Source: an uncultured archaeon (GTDB taxonomy: Archaea > Thermoproteota > Nitrososphaeria > Nitrososphaerales > Gagatemarchaeaceae). Taken from it: a stretch of 64,000 bases of DNA. The stretch lies in assembly GCA_963799775.1 (NCBI GenBank), contig CAWCYD010000003.1, forward strand, positions 32,001 through 96,000, read 5' to 3'. Under the pieces are notes generated by a model. The model ran no database searches. It was not told the origin of the DNA and saw only the letters and a program-made list of their open reading frames with translations. Positions 20,256 through 33,184 of this stretch are shown in pieces. Position numbers and translations under genes: made by a program. Within the stretch, counting starts at the first letter, position 1; each line of letters begins with the position of its first letter.

Positions 20256-21411
20256 TGGTCCTCATGTGCCAGTAGATAGACCAGAGGTCAGGGAACTGGC
20301 TGAGCATCGAAAAGCTGCCGTCAATCTTCGCCTTGATGAACCTGTAGACCTTCGCGTAGATGTCATAGTGCTTGAGGACGGCCTGAGAGTACGCCTCCAT
20401 GTCGTCCATGTGCTCGACGAACATGTTCACGCACTGCATGCTCGGGATTATCCCCTCTCCGAGGAGAGGGTAGACTGTCCCAATGCTCTCACCCACGCCG
20501 ACCACCAGCGGTCCGTCTGGCCTCGGCGTCGAGCACGCGCACGAGCCGTGACCGTTGGTCGGAGAGGCTCCGCTCGCTCCCGAGATGCCTCTCTCAGCGA
20601 ACGTGGTGGCCTGAGCCTTCGAACTCATGTTTGCGTTTGCGGTCTGGACTGCTCCTTCCTTGATGCTCCCCAAGAGCTTCCTCTGGTTGACCGTGCCTCC
20701 GCACGCGAGGCACTTGGGCTCCTTGTAGAACGGTCCCATGTACGCCGGAGCGAGAATCCTCACGGGCCTTCCAATACGCCTCACGACCTTCCAGTCGTAC
20801 TTCTTGACCATCGCCTCTATCTCCCCCCTGTACTGGGCCTTGAAGTCGCCCGCCCCAACGTGCCCCCTGCCAGGGCCGAGCGGGAAGTACCAGAAGTAGC
20901 CGCTCAGGCCGGGATACGGTCTGATGTAGAAATCGTCCCACGGGAACTTCCCCTCCACCTCCACCTCGAAGCAAGGTATCGCCGCATCGTGCTCCAGCTT
21001 GCCCAGCATCGACCTATGGAACCCGGTCGCGTCGATGACCATGTCAAACCCCTTGAGGTCGTTCACGTCTGTGATATGGGAGCCCCACTGCACGTTCTTC
21101 CCCTTCTTCATGTCCCCGAACAGCCTCGTCTTGTCGAACGTGACCAGCCCGTTGAGCTTGATGTTGAAGGCCTCTTTCCCGTTGCCAGGGTCGACTATCA
21201 TGCTCTTGCCGCGGAAGAGGATGTAGTCCTCGAAGTTCAACCCGGCCTTGCTCACCAACTCAGAGATGAACGGGGCGCTCGTCCCCCACGCGCAGACGGC
21301 CCACCATTTTTCCTTCTCTCGCATCTCGAACGCCGTTACCTCGTGCTCCGGAGGAATCCTGTTCAGCAGGTATGATCCCGCCACGCCCGTTCCGACTATC
21401 GCGATGCGCAT
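20194..21411 (-). CDS. Geranylgeranyl reductase-family FAD oxidoreductase with Cys-bounded insertion
   Basis: IAIVGTGVAG, VCAWG, IDATG, GYFWYFP, VGESIG.VYPLLGEGI. Confidence 0.85.
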   Translation of the reverse strand: MRIAIVGTGVAGSYLLNRIPPEHEVTAFEMREKEKWWAVCAWGTSAPFISELVSKAGLNFEDYILFRGKSMIVDPGNGKEAFNIKLNGLVTFDKTRLFGDMKKGKNVQWGSHITDVNDLKGFDMVIDATGFHRSMLGKLEHDAAIPCFEVEVEGKFPWDDFYIRPYPGLSGYFWYFPLGPGRGHVGAGDFKAQYRGEIEAMVKKYDWKVVRRIGRPVRILAPAYMGPFYKEPKCLACGGTVNQRKLLGSIKEGAVQTANANMSSKAQATTFAERGISGASGASPTNGHGSCACSTPRPDGPLVVGVGESIGTVYPLLGEGIIPSMQCVNMFVEHMDDMEAYSQAVLKHYDIYAKVYRFIKAKIDGSFSMLSQFPDLWSIYWHMRTNERRYGLETHLRDILKVVNV

Positions 21412-21556
21412 TCTGTCTTGTGGCGAGCGGAGGCGTTTCTAAATGTGTTTCGCTTCGCCCTTGGGGGGCCTCGCCCGGACGCCCTGGACTTGTTTTTCGC
21501 TCCTCAAGCTTTAATACGCGCATTCGGTCGCGAAAATTCTGCGAGGCCATACAGGG

Positions 21557-21928
21557 TTGGCAATCTTTGGCGACGTCGCATCCGTCTTCATGATGGGTGT
21601 GGTGGGTGTTCTCTTCACCTCGATAATGCTCATCGTGCCCCGCATCCTGGGCCCTAAGCACCCCAACCCCATCAAGGGCCTTCCTTTCGAGGCCGGGCAG
21701 GTGCCAAGAGGCAGGGGCAAGATGCATTTCATGATGCAATACTACGCCTACCTCCTCATGTTCGTCGTCTTCGACGTCATGGCGATGTTCCTCTTCGCAT
21801 GGGCCGCCGCGTATCAGCCGCTCGCGCTCGGACCGTTGTCCAGTTGGATGATCCTGATCTTCGTGGGGGCGCTCCTCGTCCCGATGGGCCTCACGGTGCA
21901 CATGGCGGGGAAGAGAGAGATTTGGTAG
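21557..21928 (+). CDS. nuoA: Complex I subunit A
   Basis: PFEAGQ, QYYAYLLMFVVFDV; three TM segments. Confidence 0.92.
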   Translation: MAIFGDVASVFMMGVVGVLFTSIMLIVPRILGPKHPNPIKGLPFEAGQVPRGRGKMHFMMQYYAYLLMFVVFDVMAMFLFAWAAAYQPLALGPLSSWMILIFVGALLVPMGLTVHMAGKREIW

Positions 21929-23679
21929 CGGCCGCGCCCGTTCCGAAGACCGGCGAGACCAACGTCCTCGTCGGCAAGGTCAATGAGATCCTCCAAGATG
22001 CCATAGGGGCGCCGCTGCGCTACGTGGCGAACTGGGGGCGCCTCTACAGCCTGTGGCCCGTGCACCTTGAAACTGCATGCTGTAGTGTTGAAGTCGGGGC
22101 CGCCGCTGGCTCGAGGTTCGACGCCGAGCGCTTCGGGGTCTTGGAGGCTTTTGGTTCCCTCCGGCAGTGCGACCTGATCATTGTGATGGGGACCGTGACC
22201 AGGAAGCTCGCTCCCAGGCTCAAGCTGATCTACGACCAGATGGCTGAACCGAAGTGGGTAGTGGCAATGGGAGCTTGTAAACGGGGTGACTCGATGGTCT
22301 ACACGCCTACGGGCCTACGCAGAATTGACGAGATTCAACCCGGTGAGACGGTCTTCTCATACGATGAAGCCGCGAAGCAAGTAGTCAATGCAAAAGTCGC
22401 AGCCAGAAAGGACCAGGGAGTGCGACCGGTCTTCAGAGTCCGCGCTGGTTCTTATGAATCGGTGGCTACAGAAAATCATCCGTTCGCCGTATACGAGCGA
22501 ACTTTGTCGAGGAAATGGGTGGCCTACAAGTCAATGCTCGGCATGGTCGAAGAAGGCTTTACCCTGAAAGAGCTCTCGCCTCTTCTAGGAATTGGTGCAA
22601 GGAGTCTCTCCTATTGGAAGAAACACCCACCTTCAATGTATGGACTAGATCTAAACTGGAAGCACGTTTGCGAACTCAAGGAAGGAGACCTTCTTGTTAC
22701 CTATTCTCAAGCAGTGGAGGGAGCGCCGTTTCCGATTCAATATCACCACGAAGGCAGGTTTCGAAAGCATGTCAGAATACCCGATTCCGTTGATGACGCT
22801 CTCGCATGGCTAGTCGGTCTTTATCTTGGAGATGGCTGGAAGGACAGTCATCGAATAGGCTTCTCGCTCATGGAGAAGGATCCTTCGAGAGCTGAGCTTG
22901 TTAGGGTAATCAAGGAACTCTTCGGGATATCGCCTCACGAAGGCAGACAAGTGTCCGTTTGGTCAAGTGTGATTGCGGGGATGTTCAGAGAATCGCTCCA
23001 ACTCGAAGGTGATGTTTACACAAAGAGAATACCGAGTTGGGTCTATACCTTACCATTGTCATCTGTCTTGAGTTTCCTCACTGGTATGATCGAGTCAGAC
23101 GGGTATGTTCAAGAGCAAGGTTTCGCCCAAATCTCGTCTGCCAACAAAGAGTTGATGCTTGATTTGGTGGAGCTTTGTCATTATCGTGGACTCCACGTTG
23201 GCGGTGTCTTCGAGAAAGAAAAGGAGAACGTCTTAGAAGGAAGACAACTAAAGACGGTCGAATATGTCGTGAGCTTCCCGATGTCGCTGATTGCACGACT
23301 TCCTCTTCATAGGTCTGACTACCTGCGGAGGGTTAAGACTGCGGTTCGGGTATTCGACGGAACATCCTTGCTTAAGACAAGTCATGCGGGAATTGGACTG
23401 CGACGTCTAACGTCAATAGTCCCGAGAGGGCGCGATTCAGTCTATGACATAGAAGTCGAGGGCCATCACAACTTCTTCGCCAACGGACAGCTCGTCCACA
23501 ATTGCGCCATCACCGGCGGACTATACTACGACTCGTACAACGTCCTGAGGGGCATAGACGACATCATCCCCGTCGACGTCTACGTGCCCGGTTGCCCTCC
23601 GCGCGCAGAGGCCCTGATGCAGGGCATCGCGCTGCTCCAAGAGAAGATCCGGCACTCGACGAGCCTCCGCGGGACATGA
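21922..23679 (+). CDS. nuoB: Complex I subunit B containing an intein
   Basis: ETACCSVE, AMGA|intein|CAITGG, YVPGCPP; TTG start overlaps nuoA end. Confidence 0.95.
   Translation: MVAAAPVPKTGETNVLVGKVNEILQDAIGAPLRYVANWGRLYSLWPVHLETACCSVEVGAAAGSRFDAERFGVLEAFGSLRQCDLIIVMGTVTRKLAPRLKLIYDQMAEPKWVVAMGACKRGDSMVYTPTGLRRIDEIQPGETVFSYDEAAKQVVNAKVAARKDQGVRPVFRVRAGSYESVATENHPFAVYERTLSRKWVAYKSMLGMVEEGFTLKELSPLLGIGARSLSYWKKHPPSMYGLDLNWKHVCELKEGDLLVTYSQAVEGAPFPIQYHHEGRFRKHVRIPDSVDDALAWLVGLYLGDGWKDSHRIGFSLMEKDPSRAELVRVIKELFGISPHEGRQVSVWSSVIAGMFRESLQLEGDVYTKRIPSWVYTLPLSSVLSFLTGMIESDGYVQEQGFAQISSANKELMLDLVELCHYRGLHVGGVFEKEKENVLEGRQLKTVEYVVSFPMSLIARLPLHRSDYLRRVKTAVRVFDGTSLLKTSHAGIGLRRLTSIVPRGRDSVYDIEVEGHHNFFANGQLVHNCAITGGLYYDSYNVLRGIDDIIPVDVYVPGCPPRAEALMQGIALLQEKIRHSTSLRGT
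22276..23502 (+). mobile_element. 409-aa intein with LAGLIDADG homing endonuclease and HTH insert
   Basis: Starts CKRGDSMV; block B TENHPF; LVGLYLGDG and FLTGMIESDG; block F VYDIEV..HNFFANG; ends VHN followed by Cys+1. Confidence 0.95.
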
Positions 23680-23709
23680 TCGCCCGACCGTCAAGGGAGA
23701 GAATCTCTA

Positions 23710-24300
23710 TTGCAGCCCAATAACTCCGAGAAGAAGGATAGCGCCCTAGACAAGCAGCCCGTCCCGCGCGCCTCGTCACCGATCGGTGCGAGCACAGCCA
23801 TCCCAGCCAGGGGGGCGGCACCTGCGCAACCCGAAAACAGCAGGGCCTTGGACTTGGCCGACGAGATCGCCGCCAGGTTCCTGCTCGCGAAGGTCGACTA
23901 CGCGAGGCCACGAAGGGTCAAGGTGACCGTCCCACCGGACAAGATAAAGGCGGTCGCGCTCTACGTCAGGGACGTCCTCGGCTTCGACCACATCGAGGTC
24001 GTCGGAGGGACCGACTATCCGCAGCAGAACGAGTTCGAGGTGATCTACTTCGTCGGATGCGTCTCCAACCCCGGGCAAGAAGACATCGTGCTCCAAATCG
24101 CAGAGCGCGTGAAGAAGGACGACGCCGTCGTGCCTTCGCTCGTCGACGTCTGGACCGGGACAGAGTACCACGAGCGTGAGACGTTCGAGATGCTCGGGAT
24201 CAGATTCGAGGGCCACCCTGACCTTAGGAAGATACTCCTGCCGGAGGACTGGAACGACATCCCTCCCCTGCGGAAGGACTACACGAACCCGGGTCATTGA
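23710..24300 (+). CDS. nuoC: Complex I subunit C
   Basis: YHERETFEMLGIRFEGHPDLRKILLPEDW..PPLRKD. Confidence 0.92.
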   Translation: MQPNNSEKKDSALDKQPVPRASSPIGASTAIPARGAAPAQPENSRALDLADEIAARFLLAKVDYARPRRVKVTVPPDKIKAVALYVRDVLGFDHIEVVGGTDYPQQNEFEVIYFVGCVSNPGQEDIVLQIAERVKKDDAVVPSLVDVWTGTEYHERETFEMLGIRFEGHPDLRKILLPEDWNDIPPLRKDYTNPGH

Positions 24301-24362
24301 TTGGGTGAGGTAATAGACAAACGTCAGCCACTTACGAGTACTCTCCCGACTCCGACCGGGTC

Positions 24363-25439
24363 ATGGCCGTCTCGCTGGGCCCTCAGCATCCGGGCGCGGG
24401 GCACTTCCGGATCAGGCTCTGGCTGGACGGCGACTACTGCGTGAAGGCCGACCCCGATCCCGGCTATGTCCACAGGGGCGAAGAGAAGATGTGCGAGTAC
24501 AAGAACTACATCCAGAACGTCCCGCACCTGGAGAGGCCCGTCATCCTCGACAGCTCGGGCATCTTGTTCGCCTACTCCCTCGCGGTCGACCAGCTCATGA
24601 ACAACAAGCTCCCCCCTCGGGCGGAGTACCTTCGCGTCATCGCCGCGGAGCTGGACAGGATAATCTCCCACGAGTACTACCTCGGGATCCTGGGGCTCTT
24701 CGCGGGCCACACGACTATGATCACTTGGGCCATGGGCGACAGAGACTTCTTCATCGACATCGCGGAGAGGCTCACCGGGGCGCGCGTCACCCACGCCTAC
24801 ATCATCCCCGGCGGGGTCAGGAACGACATGCCAGAGCACCTCCCGGAGAAGGCATTCCAGACCTTCGACTGGTTCGAGAAGAGGATGGACGACTACGAGA
24901 AGATCTTCTTCAGGAACCCGATCTGGGAGGAGAGGTCGAAAGGGATCGGCGTCCTGACCAAGGAAGACGCGATAAGGCTGGGAGCCACCGGGGTCGTTCT
25001 GCGGGCGTCGGGGGTCGCCCACGACACGAGGCGAGCCGAGCCATACAGCGCGTATCCGGACTTTGACTTTGGGGTCGCCTCTCTGAAGGAGGGAGACGTC
25101 TGGTCGAGAGCGTACACGGCTCTCACTGAGATGAGGGAGTCGGTGAAGATACTGAGGCAGGCCTTCAAGAACCTGCCCCCGGGGCCGGTGAGGTTGAAGC
25201 TGGGGCCCCAGCCGCGCGTCCCCCCAGGTGAGACTTACGCGCGCACAGAAGCCGCCCACGGCGCGATGAGCTTCTTCGTTGTCAGCGACGGCACCCCGCG
25301 GCCTTACCGGGTGAAGATAGGGACCGGCTCCTTCAGGAACATGCGGGTGATCCCCCACCTGCTCAAGGGCGTCCACATCGCGGACATCCCTGTCGTCTAT
25401 TGGGGCCTGAATTATTGGCCAGTCGAAGCGGACCACTAA
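24363..25439 (+). CDS. nuoD: Complex I subunit D
   Basis: GPQHPGAG, GYVHRGEEK, AELDRIISH, TGARVT; no NiFe CxxC ligands. Confidence 0.93.
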   Translation: MAVSLGPQHPGAGHFRIRLWLDGDYCVKADPDPGYVHRGEEKMCEYKNYIQNVPHLERPVILDSSGILFAYSLAVDQLMNNKLPPRAEYLRVIAAELDRIISHEYYLGILGLFAGHTTMITWAMGDRDFFIDIAERLTGARVTHAYIIPGGVRNDMPEHLPEKAFQTFDWFEKRMDDYEKIFFRNPIWEERSKGIGVLTKEDAIRLGATGVVLRASGVAHDTRRAEPYSAYPDFDFGVASLKEGDVWSRAYTALTEMRESVKILRQAFKNLPPGPVRLKLGPQPRVPPGETYARTEAAHGAMSFFVVSDGTPRPYRVKIGTGSFRNMRVIPHLLKGVHIADIPVVYWGLNYWPVEADH

Positions 25440-25465
25440 ATGAGCTTCATTCAGCAATCAATACC

Positions 25466-26647
25466 CTAATCAGGCTCTAAATGTAATTTAAGGTCTGCTT
25501 TGACCTCGTAAGCCGCTTTTGCCTGCGATATATATCTGTCCCTTTCGTCGCGAATTCGTCTAACAAGCTTGTCCCATTTCACTATTACGTCATATCGTCG
25601 CCTATGGCCAAAAAGCGAGTCGTACTTGAGCGCGAGCACAACCTTCCGCACTTTCTCGGGGTGCCTCAGCCGCATGAACTGCATCATTCGTTTACGTCAT
25701 CGAATCTCCAGACTGCTATTCGCCAAATGTGTTCGCCAGAATTGTACACACCTCTTTTGAGCGCATCTTCTCGGTTTACCTTCGTTCTCTGGAGATTTAC
25801 GGAGAATCCATACTGAGAGAGGCTGTGAGCGATTTGAGACAGCAAATTGAAATTTGTATTCGGAATCAGGCAGTTCAAATTCATCCGCATGCCGCTTTCG
25901 ATGCAAGTAAACGGTTCCCTCAGCATCGAAAAATCCGGCAAGAAAATCGAAGAACAAATCCTCATCTGCAATCATTTCCGTCGAGAGTCTGTTGACCTCC
26001 AGGAGGAACGAGTAAGTGTCATCCAGGTCACAGTCGAGAGCCCATTCAAATCCGGTCAGGGGTGACTTTCTGGGGTATTCATAGATTGGACCATGGGAAG
26101 CGAACAAGGTTCGGAACAACCTGCTCATTGAGGGGTGAGTTGTGCTCAGCCGAACCCTCACTGCGCGTCCATGCCTGATCGACCAAATGTCCCCTACGGC
26201 AAGACCAATTATGTAGGCCATCTCGTGCCGGTCACCGGAGAACGGCACCTTCTGGAATTTCGATACCGCCTTGATCTGAGCTTCCACCTTGTCCCTGATC
26301 TCGACCCGTCGCTCGCGAAGGTGGGCGAGGACAGTGTTTGGAGTCACTTTGCCTCCTGCAACTTTTTTCAGCGACTCGCCGTTCTGATATCTCCTTACCC
26401 ATTCGTCCACCATCGATGGCGTGACCTTCCTCACGTGCTCCGCGGGGTCCCTTCGAGCGATCCCGTTCCTCTTGAGATGATAGAGGACCGTCGATTCCGC
26501 GGTCTTCGGGCTCGAATATCTCAGTCCGTACACAACCGCTATCTTCGCCGCGGAGAGCTTCTGATCGACATAGAGGCGCTGCAAGTCTTCTCTGTTCGGC
26601 GGCCAACCCAGCGAAGTGCCGCCGCTTCCTTCGTCCCAATCGGCCAC
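25466..26647 (-). pseudogene. Free-standing LAGLIDADG endonuclease with N-terminal HTHs (two frameshifts)
   Basis: AYIIGLAVGD and FLAGFFDAEG; continues in 25684..25971 and 25466..25687 (LRHPEK) frames. Confidence 0.75.
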
Positions 26648-26944
26648 AAGAAACTAGCTGCATCGGCTATAAGAGCGTCAACATCTTAGCACAGGCTGAC
26701 GACGAATCTCGGAAAGTTCGGCGACCGACTATTTCCGAAAACCGAGCATCTCGCGGATCACTAGGCCGATCTTGGGCTCCGCTCGCTAATCAATGGTCAT
26801 CTTTGCCAGAGAGCCGGGCAGTCTTGGACGCGACGAAGGACCTTGCCATGAACCGATATCCTCCCCTGCTTGTGATCGGCCGTGCGGCCGGACCCCGGCC
26901 CGCGACGCAGCCTCCTCTTTAACCCCCTGCTTCGGGACAGATGA

Positions 26945-28440
26945 ATGTTGATTCCCCCGCAGCGGGCGACAGGAGTTCTGATGAGCATCACATCCCTCCC
27001 GTCGAAGTTCGGCATAGGCGACCTCGGACCGTCCGCGCTCAGGTTCGCCGACCTCCTCTCAGAGTCAAGACAGCGTTACTGGCAGGTTCTCCCCCTGACC
27101 CCGACGGGCCCGGGCAACTCTCCCTACAACCCGACGTCCGCGTTCGCGGGGAACACGCTCCTCATAAGCCCCGAGGTGCTCTACGCGGAGAGCCTCCTCG
27201 AGGAACTCCCTGGGGCACCAAGGAGCGAACAAGAACAGAGCCGGGTAGATTACACGGAAGTAATCGCCTTCAAGAGAGAGGTCTTGGACAGAGCATTCGA
27301 GCGATTCAAGGAGGCTCGGTCCAGCCAGTTCGAAGAGTTCTGCGCATTGAACTCCGGTTGGCTGGAATCCCACTCGCTCTACGTCGCCGTCAAGGAAGAA
27401 AGAGGTGGGAAGCCGTGGTACGAGTGGCCTCAGGGCCTTCGGGACGGGGAACAAGACGCCGTCGCGGAGGCGAGGTCGAGGCTTTCGGATCCCGTTGAAA
27501 GGGAGAAGTTCGCCCAGTTCGAGTTCTTCAAACAGTGGCAGGGACTGAAGGAATACTGTTCCGGACTCGGAATAAGGCTCGTGGGTGACGTCTCATTCTA
27601 CGTCGCCCTCGACAGCTCTGACGTCTGGTCGAACAGGCGCCTGTTCAAGCTCGGGAGCGAGGGTCGTCCTTCATTCGTTGGAGGCGTCCCCCCTGACTAC
27701 TTCAGCGAGACGGGCCAGCTTTGGGGGAACCCCGTCTATGACTGGGAGCGGCTGGAGGGCGAGGGCTTCGACTGGTGGATGAGGCGCCTGCAGCACACGC
27801 TCGACCTCTTCGACATCACCCGTCTAGACCACTTCAGGGGTTTCGTCGCCTTCTGGGAGGTACCTGGAGACGCGAAGACGGCGATTTCAGGACGATGGGT
27901 GGATGCGCCTACCGACGCGTTCTTCGAGAAGGTCAAGGCCCGCTTCCCTTCGATGCCGTTCATCGCCGAGCCAACCTGGGCGTCATCACCCCTGACGTGA
28001 GGGCCGTGATGAGAAGGCTGGACCTTCCTGGGATGTACGTGCTGCTCATGGCCTTCGACTCAGGCCCTGACAACCCGTACTTGCCCCGCAACTACTCCCC
28101 GAACTCCGTGGTCTACACAGGAACCCACGACACGAACACCGTCAGAGGTTGGTTCAGGGACGAAGCGAACGCCAGACAAAAGAAGAGGCTCCTCGAGGTC
28201 ATGGGGAGGGAACTCTTTGAGGAAGAAGCCAGCTGGGAGTTCATCTGCCTGGCGTTGAACTCCGCGGCAACACTGAGCATCGTCCCCACTCAGGACATCC
28301 TCTCGCTCGGATCCGAGGCGAGGATGAACCTTCCATCGACCTCCGAAGGCAACTGGGAATGGAAGGTGACGACGGATCAACTCTCGCCTGACGCCTTTCG
28401 AAAGCTGGGCGAAGAGACGCAGGCCGCCGGACGCCGTTGA
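26945..28440 (+). CDS. malQ: 4-alpha-glucanotransferase GH77 (frameshift near 27975)
   Basis: ITSLPSKFGIGDLG, WQVLPL, GVPPDYFSETGQLWGNP, RLDHFRG, YTGTHDT, RMNLPS. Confidence 0.93.
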
Positions 28441-28452
28441 GTTGGTACCCGC

Positions 28453-30989
28453 ATGAGCCGAGATAGCCGCGTGAGCCGACACCCCATCTACGGGCTCCTG
28501 CCCACCGACGTCGAGGGGTTCGACTCTCTTGCAGAGCTCGCACTGGACATGCGCTGGTCATGGAACCACGCCACAGACAAGGTCTGGCGAACGCTAGATC
28601 CAGCCCTGTGGCGCCTCACCCAGAACCCCTGGCTGATTCTCCAGACTGTCTCGCGAGACCTTCTGGAGCGCGTGCTCGCCGACCCCGATTTCCGGGAGAG
28701 CGTGGAAGACCTTCTGGAGGCGGAGCGCAAATCATCCACCCGCCAGGGTTGGTTCCAGAGTGCGCATCCGCAGAATCAAGTTTCATGCGTCGCATACTTC
28801 AGCATGGAGTTCATGCTGAGCGAAGCGCTCCCGATCTATTCCGGAGGGCTTGGGAACGTGGCGGGCGATCAGCTCAAGGCGGCGAGCGACCTCGGCGTGC
28901 CCGTCATCGGCGTGGGCTTGCTCTACCAGCAGGGCTATTTTCGGCAGACCCTCAACGAGGACGGGACGCAGGAGGCCCTGTACCCTTTCAACGACCCCGA
29001 CCAGCTCCCGATACTCCCCTTGCGCAAGCCTAGCGGGGACTGGCTGCGACTCGAGGTCGAGCTCCCGGGCCGCTCGATTTGGCTCCGCGCGTGGGAGGCC
29101 AAGGTAGGTCGAGCCAAGCTCTACCTCCTTGACAGCAACGATCCCGCGAACCTCCCGGTGGACAGGGCGAAAATCGGCGAGCTCTACGGAGGAGGGCCGG
29201 AGCTGCGCCTGCAGCAGGAGATCCTTCTCGGCCTCGGCGGCTGGCGTCTGCTACGCGCCTTGGGGATTAGGCCGGAGGTCTGCCACATGAACGAGGGGCA
29301 CGCCGCCTTCGCAGCCTTGGAGCGTGCCGGGGACTTCATGGAGGACACTGGACAGCCCTTCGCTGTCGCGCTCGCCGCGACCAGGGTCGGGAACGTCTTC
29401 ACCACGCACACGGCGGTGGAGGCGGGGTTCGACCGCTTCCTTCCTTCCTTGATACAAAGGTACCTGGGAGACTACGCCCAAAGACGGCTCGGTCTTGCGG
29501 CTCACGAACTGCTGGCGCTCGGCCGCGCCAACCCTGACGACTCTTCTGAGAGCTTCAACATGGCGTATATGGCCATCCGAGGCAGTGGGTCCACGAACGG
29601 GGTGAGCCGCCTGCACGGGAGGGTCAGCCGAGAACTCTTCGAGCCCCTCTTCCAGAGGTGGCCCCTGGAACAGATACCAATCGGGCACGTCTCCAACGGC
29701 GTCCACGTGCCGAGCTGGGAGTCGGACGAGGCTGACCTCCTGTGGACCGAAGCCTGCGGGACCGATCGCTGGAACGGACCGATGGACGCTCTGGAGAAGG
29801 GGCTCAGAGGTCTACCTGACTCGAGGCTCTGGAAGTTCCGCGCGGACGCGCGCAGATTGCTCGTAGAGTATGCGCGCGCACGGCTGTCGAGGCAGCTCGC
29901 TACGGCTGGGGCCCCGCCGGAGGAGGTAGCCCGGGCGAGGCATGTCCTCGACCCGGAGGCGTTGACGTTGGGCTTCGCACGACGCTTCGCGACCTACAAG
30001 AGGCCGAACCTGCTCCTGCACGATCCCGAGCGCCTGCTCAGGCTGTTGACTACGTCGGAGCGTCCGGTCCAGCTGATTCTCGCGGGCAAGGCCCATCCGG
30101 ACGACAGAGCGGGACAGGAACTGATCAAGGAATGGGTGAACTTCGTCCGCAGACCCGAGGCTCGCGCACACGCGATATTTCTCAGCGACTATGATGTGGT
30201 CCTCAGCGAGCGATTGGTCCAGGGCGTCGACCTCTGGATCAACACGCCTCGCCGCCCATGGGAGGCGTGCGGGACCAGCGGGATGAAGGTCCATCGCCAA
30301 CGGGGGGATCAACCTCTCGGAATTGGACGGCTGGTGGGCGGAGGCATACACCCCCGAAGTAGGCTGGGCCCTGGGGATGGGCGGGGGCACGCTGATGACT
30401 CGGGGTGGGACGGCGTCGAGGCAGCCAGCCTCTACGATCACCTCGAGAGCGAAGTTGTGCCCGAGTTCTACGCGCGGGGGCACGACGGGGTTCCCACGGC
30501 GTGGGTCGCCCGGATGCGGGAGAGCATGGCGAGGTTGACGGCGCGATATTCCGCCCACCGGGCCGTACGCGAGTACACTGAGAAGCACTACCTGCCCGCC
30601 GCCATCGCGTCCCGTTCCCGCGCCGCCGACGGGGGTGCCGAGAGCAAGGACATGCTCGAGTGGCGAGGAAACCTGGTAGAGAAATGGGGGAAGATCCGGT
30701 TCGGCCCCATGAAGTACGAGACAAGTGGCAAGAGATACGCTTTCGAGGTTCTGGTCACCCTTGAGGACGTAGGCCCTGAGTCCGTCCGCGTAGAGCTATA
30801 CGCTGGGGCTCCTGAAGGTGGTCATCCTGTGCTGCAGGAGATGAAGCGCGTTGGAAACGCGGCGACCGGCAACGGCGGATACCTCTACGCCGCGACCGTC
30901 CCTGCCGGAAGGCCCGCTTCGGATTACACCGCCCGGGTGATACCTTCCCGCCCAGGCGTCTCGGTCCCGCTTGAGCTCGACCTCATACT

Positions 30990-31002
<13 letters not shown>
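28453..31002 (+). CDS. glgP: Alpha-glucan phosphorylase GT35 (two compensating frameshifts, about 30290-30380)
   Basis: YFSMEF, YSGGLG.VAGD, HMNEGH, FARRFATYKR, EACGTSGMK; LDGWWAEAY lies in an alternative frame. Confidence 0.93.

Positions 31003-33180
<2,178 letters not shown>

Positions 33181-33184
<4 letters not shown>

Noticed and set aside
19972-21375. 467-aa plus-strand ORF
   Set aside because: Antisense shadow of the GGR and alaX genes; no motifs; typical of GC-rich DNA.
24363-25439. NuoD as a group 4 NiFe-hydrogenase large subunit
   Set aside because: Lacks the N- and C-terminal CxxC Ni ligands.
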